Source: Zygnema circumcarinatum SAG 698-1b (taxonomy: Eukaryota > Plantae > Zygnematophyceae). Taken from it: DNA of 64,000 nucleotides. The translations under genes were made by a program, and so were the position numbers. The notes under the pieces are model-generated. The model did no database searches. It was not told the DNA's origin and was given only the letters and a program-made list of their open reading frames with translations. Location: positions 2,676,327 to 2,740,326 of the forward strand of contig CM074807.1 of the NCBI GenBank assembly GCA_037447605.1. Reading direction: 5' to 3'. Below are positions 1-11,603 of the stretch, one piece after another (positions within the stretch are counted from its first letter, which is position 1; each line of letters begins with the position of its first letter).

Positions 1-109
1 GGTGAGGATTCCTGTCGCTGTTTGAATGTGAAGGAAGATCTGGTTATTGACATGCTGGTTATTTGCAACAGACGAAAAAGCTAATGGTTGGTTTTTCTTC
101 TCCTTACAG

Positions 110-2095
110 ATAGAGACCCTAAGCGACAGGCAGTGCCAGCCAGTTTCTCAGCTGAAGTTTGTCCTAGAAGCATTAGTGCAGGTGAGCACGCCTTTGCGGC
201 CGTTTATTCCTTATCGCGATTGTTTTGGGTTATGTATTTTTGAATATATTATTTTTGTGTTTTATGCTAGAACATTATCGTCATTTTTCTGCTGGTCGCA
301 TTTGTGTATCATTTGTGGAGAGAGATGGGAAGCTGCGTGAATTTAGGTCATTTGAAGGCAAGCACTACCTTAGCACCTACTTGTGATTCTGAACCTAGAT
401 TTGCACCTGGCGCAGTTTCTCATCGGGGGGCGTGTAACAAGTTTGGTTTTGGAGATTGTTATGCGCAGTACGTTGTTTTTGTGTGTGTGAAGTTTTGCAC
501 ATCGGCGGTGTCTCTTATTTCTTCTGAAATTTTGTCCAGATTGTACAATGTCGTCGAGTTTTGAAGTGGACGTACGCTTATGGCTACTACTTGCCTGAGA
601 CAGACCTTGCAAAGCGAGCATTTTTTGAATATTTACAAGGTGAGGTTGGACATTATCTTATGTTTGGCCTTCTGAGAAGGAACTAGGCACAGTTGTCGCA
701 CTAATTGGCTGCCATCAATGGGAGCTGTAAATTTCAGACACATTCGAAACTGGTTTTTGTCCCGGCAGGTGTTGCTACGAGTTCTTAACATAGTCTCTGA
801 CGTCTTTCAATATCAGAAATGCCTTAATGTTCTAACCCACTGATTCAATAGCATGTATACCTCACTTACTGGCTATTAGGGCTTGCCAGACTTAACAAAA
901 ACTTACGATAAGCATTACTATAAAGGAAAGATACGAAAGTACTGGTCTGCAGGCTGATCGCGACGTCCCCACAGTACTCGTTTTGGTATCAAACTTACGC
1001 AAATGTATTCTGACGACTTTCAAGTCTGATATGCCCTATTGAATGCAGGTGAAGCAGAGAATGGCTTGGAAAGATTACATAAATGTGCTGAGAAGGAACT
1101 TGAGGCTTTTTGTGGAGACGGGGGCGAGGAGCCTACCACTTCGTTCAATGAATTTCGAACAAAATTGGCTGGACTTACAAGGCAATTACCTTGACCACAA
1201 CTTGGCTCGAAGTTCATAGTCAATTCTTAATAGTGGTCATGAATTGTTCTACTTTTCTGTGTAATGAGGTCTCCGCTATGTCACCTCTCAAGTTGACTTG
1301 TAGGACAAAAAATGTTCAAAGGCGTTAATGGTTTCAACATTGCATGTCTGTGCATTCATTGATCTCTTAGACCTAGGCAACCGTAGCACAGGCGTTAATT
1401 GCCCTTTTCCCCATTGCCATCACAAATTGAAGAGCATTTACTTCTAGCTTGTGTATAAAAAACCCACAACATAGAAGTGCAGTCTACTGCGCCTTTCCCT
1501 TCAAATGACGAATGAAATGATATTTGGGGTTTAAATTATCTCTCGGTACGTTTCATAGTTTGGATCTTCTGGGTGGTGCATCGCTGACTCACCATCAGAT
1601 GGATATTTCATCAGTCTCTTGCCAGTTTTGAGGAGATCGTCGGAGACGTTAGGGCCGATAGGGTAACTCTCAAGTGTCAGGGATTATGACTTTGGTTGTC
1701 TTTTTCATTAGGCAAGTTGCACTATGGGCGGGAAAGTCAATAACTGATTTCAGGATTTAACTCCATTCTTTCATTAAGTGTGGAGCTATATACTTACACT
1801 CGCTCATGTTTTCTTTCTATGCAGCGTTACGCACACATATTTTGAGAATCTGGTACGAGCCTTGGAGAATGGATTGGCAGACGTTGACATTTCCAAGGCC
1901 AAGAAAGATCTCGCTGTGAAACCGGGTCAGAAGCCTTCTAGAGCTTCAAAGAAGCTAGTGAAGGAAAAGGGGGGTGCGAGCAGCAGCCAAAGGGGGGTGA
2001 ATGAATCTTCTCATTGGTCCTGTGAACACTGCACTTTGGCCAACCCTCTCAGTGTTAGGCACTGTACGGCATGTAACCTTCCCCGGACTGCTTGA
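110..2095 (+). CDS. ARI: Ariadne-type RBR E3 ubiquitin ligase, 3' part (Ariadne domain + C-terminal RanBP2-type zinc finger); 5' end lies outside the window
   Basis: Exons 110-181, 541-640, 1049-1181 and 1825-2095 splice in frame to [24 protein letters not shown]|[20 protein letters not shown]...FFEYLQ|[18 protein letters not shown]...[12 protein letters not shown]|[18 protein letters not shown]...[20 protein letters not shown]. This matches the plant ARI C-terminus as I recall it. Confidence 0.93.
1182..1824 (+). other. GC-AG intron in the ARI gene
   Basis: Keeping the conserved KLAGLT-S-VT junction in frame requires the donor AAG|GCAATT at 1182 and the acceptor ATGCAG| at 1824. No GT donor fits. 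Confidence 0.75.
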
Positions 2096-3708
2096 CAAGC
2101 CAGGACGGTGCAACTTCTGTATGCGTGTCGGGGCTATATTGGCTCTGTACTTGGCTTCAAGCTACAGTGACAAGTTGCTGTTCGGAGAGCATAGCGCAGG
2201 GCGGCTCACTAGAGGCAGAGCGGCATCCAGAAGTGTAGAAGATAATCATTCGGTTGTAACCATGTGCAGAGCAGAGGCCATAGGTACATCGATGAAGGAC
2301 TTGCATGTATTCTTGATGTGAGCTTGAGGACTAGCATGTACAGACACTAGGTGTCATCCCACAGCTAGTGGATGTATCTTCCGAGTCTATGTACAGTGGA
2401 GATTTGTAGATATAAGGCAGGTGTATGGGTGCCATGTCGTACACTATTTAGCTATTCAAGACGAGGCCAGGTTGCCATTCCTTTTTTTTGAAGTAAATGC
2501 TTTCCTCCTAGGTGTACTTAATTGTCTCACTTGCCGACCTCTTCTTACGTGTATTGACTGTTCGCCATTGTATTAGTGATCCCAGTCTGGTTGCGCCCTT
2601 CTGAAGGAGGAAGAAGTGAGGCTAATTTTGTCAGAGCCGGGTTGACAAGCTATATAACAGCAGGCATCGGCTTAAGGAGGCCAGCCCCGCTTAAGAAGAG
2701 AAACTTTCAACAATACTCAAACTTCAAGGTGCTTGGTGGGATGCCCTCTCCTCTGGCTGCCATCCTTGTCCTCACCCACTCCCACATGAGGGCTGAATTC
2801 CTGCACCCTGTCACGTCCTTTGGCACACTCGCAGGGCATGTTGGCTCTGGCGGTAAGAAGGCCCACTATCATGGGGAAGATAAACGCATGATCTGGGTCA
2901 TGACCTCTGATCATCCGTCCATCCATCTATACATAGTGAGGTTATATGGTTATTATGCGAAGTGGCTGTGAAAATTTGTTGCATAGAGCTTTACCTCTCA
3001 TCAGCATTTTTATGCCGTGTAAGGGAAGGGAAAGCAGGAAGGAGAGAACAAAAAAGCAATTTGTAAAAATTGAGTCCGACATTCACCAATCACAAATACA
3101 CATAAAAGCACAAGTTAAAAAGCAAGAAATGCCATATCTTAATGATAACATTTGCTGCCAATCTTATGCTGCCATTGAGATGTGAATATGAAAGGACAAA
3201 GTATTCTTTTGAAAATATTTTTTTATGCTTTTTCTACTTTATTAAAAAAAACCACTTTCAAAAAATGTTTAAGCGTATTGTTGTTGCTTCTTAAGAAAAC
3301 ATAAAGATAGTAGCTGTGTTATTTATTGGTGCTGTTTAATTGACTCAACACGTTGAACACTGTTTACTTTTAGCTTTTTTTTAACTTTCTTACAAAGCTA
3401 ACTTTCTTACAAAGCCTCTTGTTATTCTACGTTTCCACGAGCCTTGCCCTACCTTGCCTACCTTTCCCGCCCTTGCCTGAGGTCTCGTTCTCTCTCCATT
3501 GATGGCAATTGGAACGTCAGGAAGTAGACTAATAGAGGCTTTTGACGAACTCTAGCTCCAGAAACGTTTGCACATTTTTGGAAATGTTGATTGTCCCTAC
3601 TTTTTCTCTCTCTCTCCCTCCCCATTTCCCTCTTTTTTTTTTCTCTTTCTTTTCCCCCCTCCCTCTCCCTCATGAAGGTAAAGGTGGTTCCTACAGCTGC
3701 AATATAGT

Positions 3709-6263
3709 CTAACTAGGTCTCGTCGTAGGTCTGCACCTGCAGTGGTGCTTTTGAAGGAAGTAGGTGTCCTTTGTCAAAGGCAGGCTCATATAAGGCCCCG
3801 GTGTGGTGCTGGAGAGCCTGAGGCATAGTAAACCCTCCAGTTTCCGGGTTGCTGTGCGACGATGAATACGTGCCATTCTTAATACCTGAATAGGCAGAAA
3901 ACGCCGCCCCATCGCCCTGTTGATGTCCTGAATATGTACTCTGTCAACGGCTGCTCCGCTGCTCCCACCTATTGGCGACCTTGCAGTGCTTTCCCTAGCT
4001 CGACTTGCATATAGCGGAGGCATGGAATTGGCTCCATACAGAGAAGCGACTGCATCTGCAGCCTGTTGCTCTTTGGGACCAGAAGGAGGCCCTGAAGAGA
4101 GCACGGAGCCGCTATGTGGGGAGTAGTGGTAGGGCGAGTAGGCAGCCTGCTGCCCTTACCCGCCTTTGGAGTGCGACTGCAAGAAGGCTTGCTACCGGTC
4201 TGTCTGCTCTGCGAGTTTCTTTTCTGCTACACTTCGCCAATCTCCACCATTCGCTGCATCTCCGACCGAACAGATGTTTAGTCAGACAGTATTCAACTTC
4301 GTCACTCATCACTATGTGAGCCTTACAGTGGCTGTCCCGGACCCCATTCGCTCCTGCTCTCGCACTACCCTCAATACAACTCTACTACCAAATGCAATTT
4401 CCGGCAATCCCCACCTGTTTGTGCATGCTCTGCATTCTCCTCAGCAGTCTAAGCTCGTGTTAGTGTTATTGTCTGGTCTAGAAACTGCTGCTCAAGATCC
4501 TTCAAAGCCTCTGCTCCAACGGCATTCCTAGTAGTCCCACTGTCATCATAACCGACTTCCATATCCTCCTTCCCTGCACTTGCTCCTGCCTGGGAATTAG
4601 AGCGAAAAACTGCAAGATCCCCATGAGCGCTAATAGTTGCAACTTCACCATAAGAGTTGAACTCTCCCTCCCTGCCGCTTTTGGGAATAGTGGAGGCTGT
4701 TGGCCTGTGGGGTCTCCCTCGCACCGATAGGGGCATCGTAGGCTTCTGAACTCCTGACTGAAACTGCAGCAAGAGCACATATTCTGGGTTAGGAATTGGC
4801 ACCATAGGAGACTCAGAGGAGCAATTATACAATGGTCCATTCTGGCTGCTGCAAGAGTGGTCAAAACAGGCTCACTTTCATCGTAGGGAGCAGCTGACGA
4901 ATACGGAGGAGCGGCAAACCCAACCGTCGTGGCAGCTCCTGCAGATTCCCATTTACGTCGTGGTTCTAGTTGGGCTGCAATTTGCTCTGTCATACGGTAA
5001 TCGGATTCTAAGTAGACTGCTCTCCTTGTGCTTTTCCGCCAGCTTCTTCAGTCACTTTGCGCTGCGCCTGCTTCTGCCACTCCTCTTCTACTTGCTTTAG
5101 TATGGAATTCACTGCATCCTGTGCTTTTTCACTTTCTCCTAGCTGGAGTCAGTTATGTGCACTGTAAATGACCCATCTCCAGCCACCAGATTTTCCTCCA
5201 AGTTAATGCGGCATCCTGAGCTCTTTTCTATACCTTGAATGACAAAACCACCTGTTCCCATTAAGCGCGGCTTCAAGCGTCGATCCTTGATGGCCATCTT
5301 CTGCACATGCTCGCCCGGCCGTGCACCTCCACCCAGAGTGGTAGGGGCAACCCTGAACCCATGCAGGAGGCACGAGTCAGGAGAGTGGTACAGGAAGCCT
5401 ACAGGATAAGGAAAGCACAGCCTACATTTCTGTTGGCAAATTTGTCCGGATTGGGGGATTCAAGGACTAGGCCTTGACCAATTGCCATTCGGAACCGGAA
5501 CGCTTTTGGTTCCCAGCAACTAACTGTTCTGTGACTTGTTCCATATACAGGTGCAGCTGCTGGTAGAACTGGGTCAGCTTCACAAATGCGAGCAACGGGC
5601 ATGAATGACCAAGAAGCACTCCAAACGACAGCCGTCACCTGGCCTCTTGATCACGACTACAGTACAAGGCACAATACACCTGAAACTTGACTTGACTTTG
5701 GAAGGGAGGAGTAGCAGAATGACGAGAAAGTGGAGTCAGCAACAGCTGCCTACTCATGAACAAAGACTTTTCCAATCTAAGGATCCTAAAAATTTAATCC
5801 CAAGAGAGCAATTTCCCCGTTACGAGAAAGATCTGTTACCAATGCTCTGACCAATTGTGTGCATCATCCCTACAATGTGGTGCAAGGAATGAATCAACTG
5901 TTATGCATGCCTCTACCTTAGAGACGAAGAGGAACAAAGTGTAGTACTTCACCTGTGCAAAGTGCCCCATCTCTCCGCAAATGCGACAAGTAAGCTCCTC
6001 CTCTCTTCGCCGTTTCCAATTTCGCTCCATGGCCTTCGCCCTGGCATCCAACAATTTGGCCTCACGAGTAGTGAAGTCCGTGGGCCGCTCATTGGGATCA
6101 CAAGGAGTTTCCCGCTCCTTTGAATTTTCTCGAACCCTGGATGACGTACTCTCCTGATTTTGAGATACCATACGGGTGCTATCACGACCTGCAGCGGGGC
6201 CAGAATATTCTCCGCAAAGAAATCATCATCATCATCATCCTCTACATCTTCCTTGGAAGCCAT
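3709..6263 (-). pseudogene. Decayed zinc-knuckle (CCHC)/KH-like RNA-binding gene, similar to Arabidopsis AT3G62330
   Basis: Recognisable pieces: MASKEDVEDDDDDDFFA / EYSGPAA...PTDFTTREAKLLDARAKAMERNWKRRREEELTCRICGEMGHFAQ|GCP / TTLG...RLMGTGGFVIQGIEKSSGCRINLEE / KAQDAVNSIL / ALKDLEQQFLDQTITLTRA. Joining them needs frameshifts near 6211, 5344-5347, 5125-5129, about 5010 and about 4835, and there are in-frame TAGs at 5139-5141 and 4449-4451. The 3' end coordinate is approximate. Confidence 0.78.
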
Positions 6264-6833
6264 GACCAGCGCAGTCACTACTGTTCCGAAGGTTCAAAAT
6301 GAAGCGGCAGTTGCCCCAGGGTGGCCGGAAGTAGGTTCCTTCCAATGCTCGAGCAAGGGAACCCGGAACGCTGACAAATTTATATTCACAGAGCCCCTCG
6401 ACAGGTTCCTGACGGTCTCATGATACAGCTTGCGAACTAAAGCTGTGGTTTTTTCAAGCGACAGAACGAACAGGATAGCCCACTTATTTAGAGCCGCAAG
6501 AGAACCTTCCGCTGTGCAATGCAGGACCTTCCACAGCTGTAAATAGGCCACGGGGCAGGCAAGACGACAAAGGGTCCCTATCGTTCAGCGTCCTCGCTGT
6601 TAGAACCGTTCGTTTAAATCCAGAGGGTCATTACAAGCACGTCTTGAAAAATCAAGAAGGCTCTTCAAAGAGGGGAATTAGAAAGAGAACAAATGCTGCG
6701 GTCGGAATTTCTCAATCACTAATACGCCTATGTTCCAGGAAGTCCGCTGACATACTAACGACCTATAGAGACTACACGGCTAAGAAATGCAAGCTGCTCC
6801 CAGATTTTGCAGCCTAAAATAGTCTACATAGGA

Positions 6834-7010
6834 TCACTTAGCCGTGGCAATATGCTGTGTTGCGGAGAGCTTGCTTTTATCCTTGAGAAGCTCATCCGTG
6901 GCAGGAGGGTGAAGAGAGGAAGCCCCCGCGGGAGGCGTAGCCATGGCCTCCAGGTAGTCGTCTCTGTCCTCCGGACGGAACTCCAGGCGGGAAGGCTTCC
7001 TGTGCAGCAT
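6834..7010 (-). CDS. CDC26: Anaphase-promoting complex subunit CDC26 (58 aa, single exon)
   Basis: MLHRKPSRLEFRPEDRDDYLEAM matches the CDC26 N-terminal signature (MLRRKPTRLELKxDDxEE). Size is typical. ATG is at 7010, and a likely 5'UTR intron acceptor (TTTCTAG) lies about 65 nt upstream. Confidence 0.85.
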   Translation of the reverse strand: MLHRKPSRLEFRPEDRDDYLEAMATPPAGASSLHPPATDELLKDKSKLSATQHIATAK

Positions 7011-7491
7011 CTCGCCTCCAGCCCCAGGCCCAGCCCTGGAGGCAGAGTAACAGCCTCCCCCTCCTGCCAGACCTAGAAAGAGCCGAAACAAAAATGAATG
7101 GAGGAAGGCTTGCAGTGGAAGGCCGCGACTCGCCGTTGGATGTCGCTCTCTGCGCCCCTTCCTCACTTCTCTCCTTCTCTCTATCCTCCACCCTCGCAGC
7201 CTCTTTTTTGTCTTTTTCCTCGGCAGCCTTCTCTCTCACACTCACTGTTACCATACTCTAGCCGCCCGTCTCTCCTTTCCTCCATGGTCCAACCTCCCCT
7301 TACTTTATCCTTCCTTCCTTCCTTACCTCTTTCCGCCGCAGGCTCTTTCCTCTTCACTCTCTGATCTTTCACCCATTTCGCACACACATGCACACATTAA
7401 CCTTGAACGATATATTCCTTCGCCACCTCTGTTAGCCGCATTGCCTCCGCTCGTCCTCTCTGCATCTCCTCTTCTGCTTTCCGGCTATGCG

Positions 7492-9619
7492 ATGAAAAGA
7501 GGGGGGCTCAAAGGACGGCGGCCGGAGGGGACGGATGGGTCCGACCACTCCTTTCGCATGACGGTGGAAGACAGTAAGGCGCCTTTTGCTATTCTCATAG
7601 GAGCGTGCTGCGTGGCAGTTTTGCGCTGGTAATTGCGGGACCCTTAAGGATGCTGTCCATCAGCACAAGTGTCTATAGTTTGGGGAAGTGGAAAGATAGA
7701 ATGGGAAGTGGTTTGGTGTTAAGTTTCGGGTTTCCAGAAATGTTACGCAATTCTGCAGATGACACATGTGAGCACAGGTGACAGGCACACCTATAACTAG
7801 TCCACCCAAAACACACCTCGCGCTCTCGCACACGTACATCGCTATGGAACGATTGAAAGCAGCGGTGGAATCCAAAAATCAGTTTTCAGAATGAGAAGCT
7901 GCAAAGACATCAAATATCTTGCTTAAAAGCTGAGCAGTTAGAAAACCCTAACGGCTCTTCCGGCCCAAAAAACTGGTTCTGCAGGATACAAAAGATTGGC
8001 TGAGACTCGGATGCAATTGAAGAAGCTACTACCTGTGCAGGTGGGCAATAGCTGGCAACAGTGTTCAATAGCTTCGTAGTGTCTGTCTCTTAGTCCACGA
8101 GTAGCAGGAGCCCATTCAATAGTGGCATTTTTTAGGGTTTACTTCATCATTGTCAAGGACTTTCCATCTTTACTTTTTTTTTTTTGTTTGGCTCACCGAA
8201 AAGTGATTGGAACCTCTTTAGTTGTTCCACCCAAAAAGCTTTGAGTATGACCTAAACCTCTTTCATGATTAAGCGAGATTTGGTGTGGGATGCCCTTTCA
8301 TATCGAGGTTAGAATGGGAGAATTCAGCGTCAGATTTAGTGCCATTTGGCATTTTCATTGTCTTACCTGCACGGCTTACTGCACTTCTCGGTCATCTTGA
8401 ACGATATCCGATCATACCCATGATATCCATTAGTTATCCTATTTCCTCAAGGAACTGTCGACCTCCAGATAACGCCCTATGTCTGCCTCCTGATCATTCC
8501 TGTGATGAGATCTCAGCACAGACCATGTACATTGTCATCCGAGGTATTTGGGCGATGGTATTGCTGGGCAACGGGAGACAAATCGACTATTCCGTAGTGA
8601 TCATGCTCCTTTTGGGAGCAAGCGCATCATGGATGGGCACCATGTGTGAGTACCTTTGCCATGCATCCAACTCAAGTGCCAGATTGGCCACCCGAACTTT
8701 TTCGTGCTCATTGCACAGAGCATCTCGCCATCTTCTATACCTCCTCAGCATGCAGATCTTCTTTCCGATCACTTACGCTGTGCTTCGCCAACAAGGAGGT
8801 TTGCTGATATGGGTTGTATGCATATATGCTGCTGTGCAGCTTTGAAAGGGACCCGGCCATACACTTTACGCTTCTACGTCCTGTTCACAATCGGAGCCAT
8901 TTGCTTCGCACTCGGCCCAATGGTGACTGGGAAGGTTCTGACCACGGTAAGCTCATTGTGACACCTGTAGATGGTCAGAATTGGCGAGAGCTCCACTAGA
9001 TTCAATCATCATTTGCTGCTATTCAGCTATCTAAACTCTGCACGTACTTGTAACTTAAGCAAGGTCTACTACTGATGCCTTTCAAACGTCAGTTTTTTCT
9101 GTTCTATTTCGTCATGTTTTTTTATGTTGATCCTTGCCTTGTGTTCAAAATTGGCGGTGTGGCCTCCCTCGAGAAATTCAGATTCTCGATCAGTATGATG
9201 AGGCGGAGATTTCCAATGACTACACAAACGTCTGCCTTTCGCTCGTTGAAGCCGGTCAAGACTTCGTCGGTCAGCACTCGCCTTCACTCCTCATTCTTTC
9301 GGTTAAGTTGTCAATTTCCATGCTTGACATTGCTTCTCAGTTGCAGATATACTTGGGGTCTTTAGGGATCTTTAGGGTTCTTCTCGTTTTTTAGAGTGGG
9401 TTATGAGATGACTTGCTTCTTTTTCTGTTGCTTTTTTTGCTGCTTCATTTTCTGCTGCTGCTGCTATTGTTGTTCTGCTGCTGTCCTGCAGGAGTGGCTA
9501 CGCAAGTGGTGGTGCTATTTGTGGCGTCCTCCATGGCCAGTGCCATGGCCCGGAACAAGTCGCCAAAAAGCGACTACGACAGATTCATGGGGCGGACCGA
9601 AGAGGATGACAAGAAGTGA
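7492..9619 (+). CDS. JAGN1: Jagunal homolog (ER membrane protein), 6 exons
   Basis: Exon 1 carries the RPEGTDGSDHSFRMTVED jagunal motif. Exons about 7492-7573, 7985-8040, 8522-8645, 8840-8947, 9182-9268 and 9491-9619 splice in frame to a multi-TM protein ending with di-lysine EEDDKK*. Confidence 0.85.
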
Positions 9620-10935
9620 CATGTCCTTTGGGTATGGGGACTTCTGTTCTATAAAAATACATAAACAATAATAGATGACCACGACGACATTTTTCCAATT
9701 TTTTTGCTCCATTACAAAAAATTGTAAAGCCGCATGAGACAATGGTTCCGTAGCCCACACTAGTTTTGTGAATACCTGGAAATTCTTGCCGGTTAGACCT
9801 TGTCACAAGCTACTGTACAATGCTGTGGTATTGCATTTTTTACAAGAACTGCATTATTCTTCAACCCGCACTTCTACTGTTGGCGGCCGACAAAAATTGT
9901 TTTGTCAACCCATCGACTGCCGGTGCGAGAAAGCCCAGGGTTCTTGAAAAGGAAAACTCGGTTTGAATTTCAAAGAGAAGATGAAGGACATCGTCGTTGT
10001 CGTCGTTTTTATTGTCTGCATGTTCATCATCGCCAAGGGTCCCCCTCGGCAAGTCGCCATTTTACCAAAACCATCCGTTGGCAGTGCTCTTTTTGTCCCC
10101 TTTGGTTGGTGATTCGCAAGGTTGCCGATAGAATCCGGCATATGTCCCGTTAGCGATATAGAAGGCAAGTATCTGCCAAAAATAAAGAAAAAGGGCTTCA
10201 CAAGTCTGGTTTATTCTCTTTGCTCTGTGAACGACCGCCTCCCATTGCCCAATAAATACTTCCTGCCTTATATTGGGCGGACATTCCACACCTTTGTTCG
10301 TATTTGTGGTAGTCGGTGGTGTGTGGTTGTTGTTACTAACCTGCAGCCAGCACTTTCTCCCCACAGGGAAAGACTTGGGGCACTTGCTACTGGGGCTTGA
10401 TGAATGCTACTTTGAAAAAGTAACATTGTTTGTTCACCAAACACGTTGTTCACCGGTGCTTGCATGTTTGTATTCTGTATGCACAATGTAAACTACAGGA
10501 TGCAGAGTGCACTCCCTACATCCGGCATTGTGCACTCTGCAATATACAGTTTGCCTTCAGAAGCAAAAGTGAAAAATTAAATGCAAAACGTCAGAAGGCA
10601 GAGAACAGCCTTTCCATTTGAATTGTGAATTCTTCATGCAATACTTTTGAACTAAGAATTCTTCGTGCAAAAGTGCAAAATGCGGAATGCAGAGCACATT
10701 CTCTCTATGCCGCATGTTGCATTGAAGCCGTGCGGCGGATGCAGATGGCGGCCAAGTCCCTGCAACCACCCGGGAGCGGGCTGGCGCGGGCGCGGGTGCT
10801 GGCTCCCGCTGCCCCTCTGCCCGGGCGCGCGCGGGCGCTGACGCTGCCTCGCTCGCTTGCTCCCTTCCTTTCGCCCTCCTCCCTCCCTCCCTTCTCCCTC
10901 GCTTCGACGAGTGGTCAACAAAAGCCAGAAAGGTA

Positions 10936-10953
10936 CCGTACCGTACGGTACGG
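10936..10953. repeat. Perfect 18-bp palindrome CCGTACCGTACGGTACGG in the LYR/BIG upstream region
   Basis: The sequence equals its own reverse complement and contains three GTAC cores. Confidence 0.8.
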
Positions 10954-11232
10954 ATGTTTCCGCGAACGGAGCGTCGGGCCGTTCCATGCGCGCCGTTCCG
11001 CGCAATTCCGCAAATTCCATTGTGGGTCCCAAAGCGTGCGCTGCTCTCGCGGAGCGAGGGACGGTTGGGCGCTGACTGGGCAGACAGGCAGGCGCCCGAG
11101 CAGGCAAGTGCTCCAACAGCCGCGGGAGGCCGCAGTATTGGGAGGAGGGAGAGGGAAGATGCGCGAGGGGGAGGGAGGGAGGCATGGCGTGAGCATGTGG
11201 CAGGCTGCTCCCGTGCGCACGCGCGACAGGTC

Positions 11233-11496
11233 ATGTCGGTAGGCTCTCCGCGGAGCTCAGCTGTTGCCCGAGATCTGTATCGGAGGCTCTTGAGGGAGGC
11301 GAAGGCGTTGCAGTCTGCCAAGGTCTCTCGGAAGGTGCAGCAGAACATTCAAGACTGTTTTAGGCTTTACAGGGGGACGACGGATTTGGCTGCGCTGGAG
11401 CGACTTTTGCTAGACGGAGAAGCTGCACTCCTTCTCCTCGGCCAACTGAAAGCTCTTCCTCGCGACCTCTTTGAAAGTGTGTTTTCAGAATTCTAA
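11233..11496 (+). CDS. LYR-motif (Complex1_LYR-like) small protein, 87 aa, intronless
   Basis: MSVGSPRSSAVARDLYRRLLREAKAL...NIQDCFRLYRGTTDLAALERLLLDGE has the LYRxxLR motif, the conserved F and the three-helix spacing of LYRM proteins. Confidence 0.8.
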   Translation: MSVGSPRSSAVARDLYRRLLREAKALQSAKVSRKVQQNIQDCFRLYRGTTDLAALERLLLDGEAALLLLGQLKALPRDLFESVFSEF

Positions 11497-11603
11497 GCGA
11501 TATTTTTTGGCTGTATTTTATGCAACTCATTTCAGAGAGCGGTTGTGTCATGTGCATTTAAGCTTCGCAGCCACTAAAATCTTCTGTATAGACGCTGTGC
11601 CCT

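Noticed and set aside
2100-3700. ORFs 2576..2971 and neighbours between convergent genes
   Set aside because: No motif or splice support; likely 3'UTR or intergenic sequence.
3709-6263. TAG/TAA reassigned to Gln (as in some ulvophytes), or A-to-I stop-codon editing, as an explanation for the in-frame TAGs
   Set aside because: Intact genes here end in TAG (BIG 21346, fusion 37993, MEMO1 54713) and TAA (LYR, CDC26), so the code is standard. The same gene also has frameshifts that recoding cannot fix.
10501-10541. 12-bp inverted repeat TGCAGAGTGCAC...GTGCACTCTGCA
   Set aside because: The stem is too short and isolated for a miRNA precursor or MITE, and no target-site duplication is evident.
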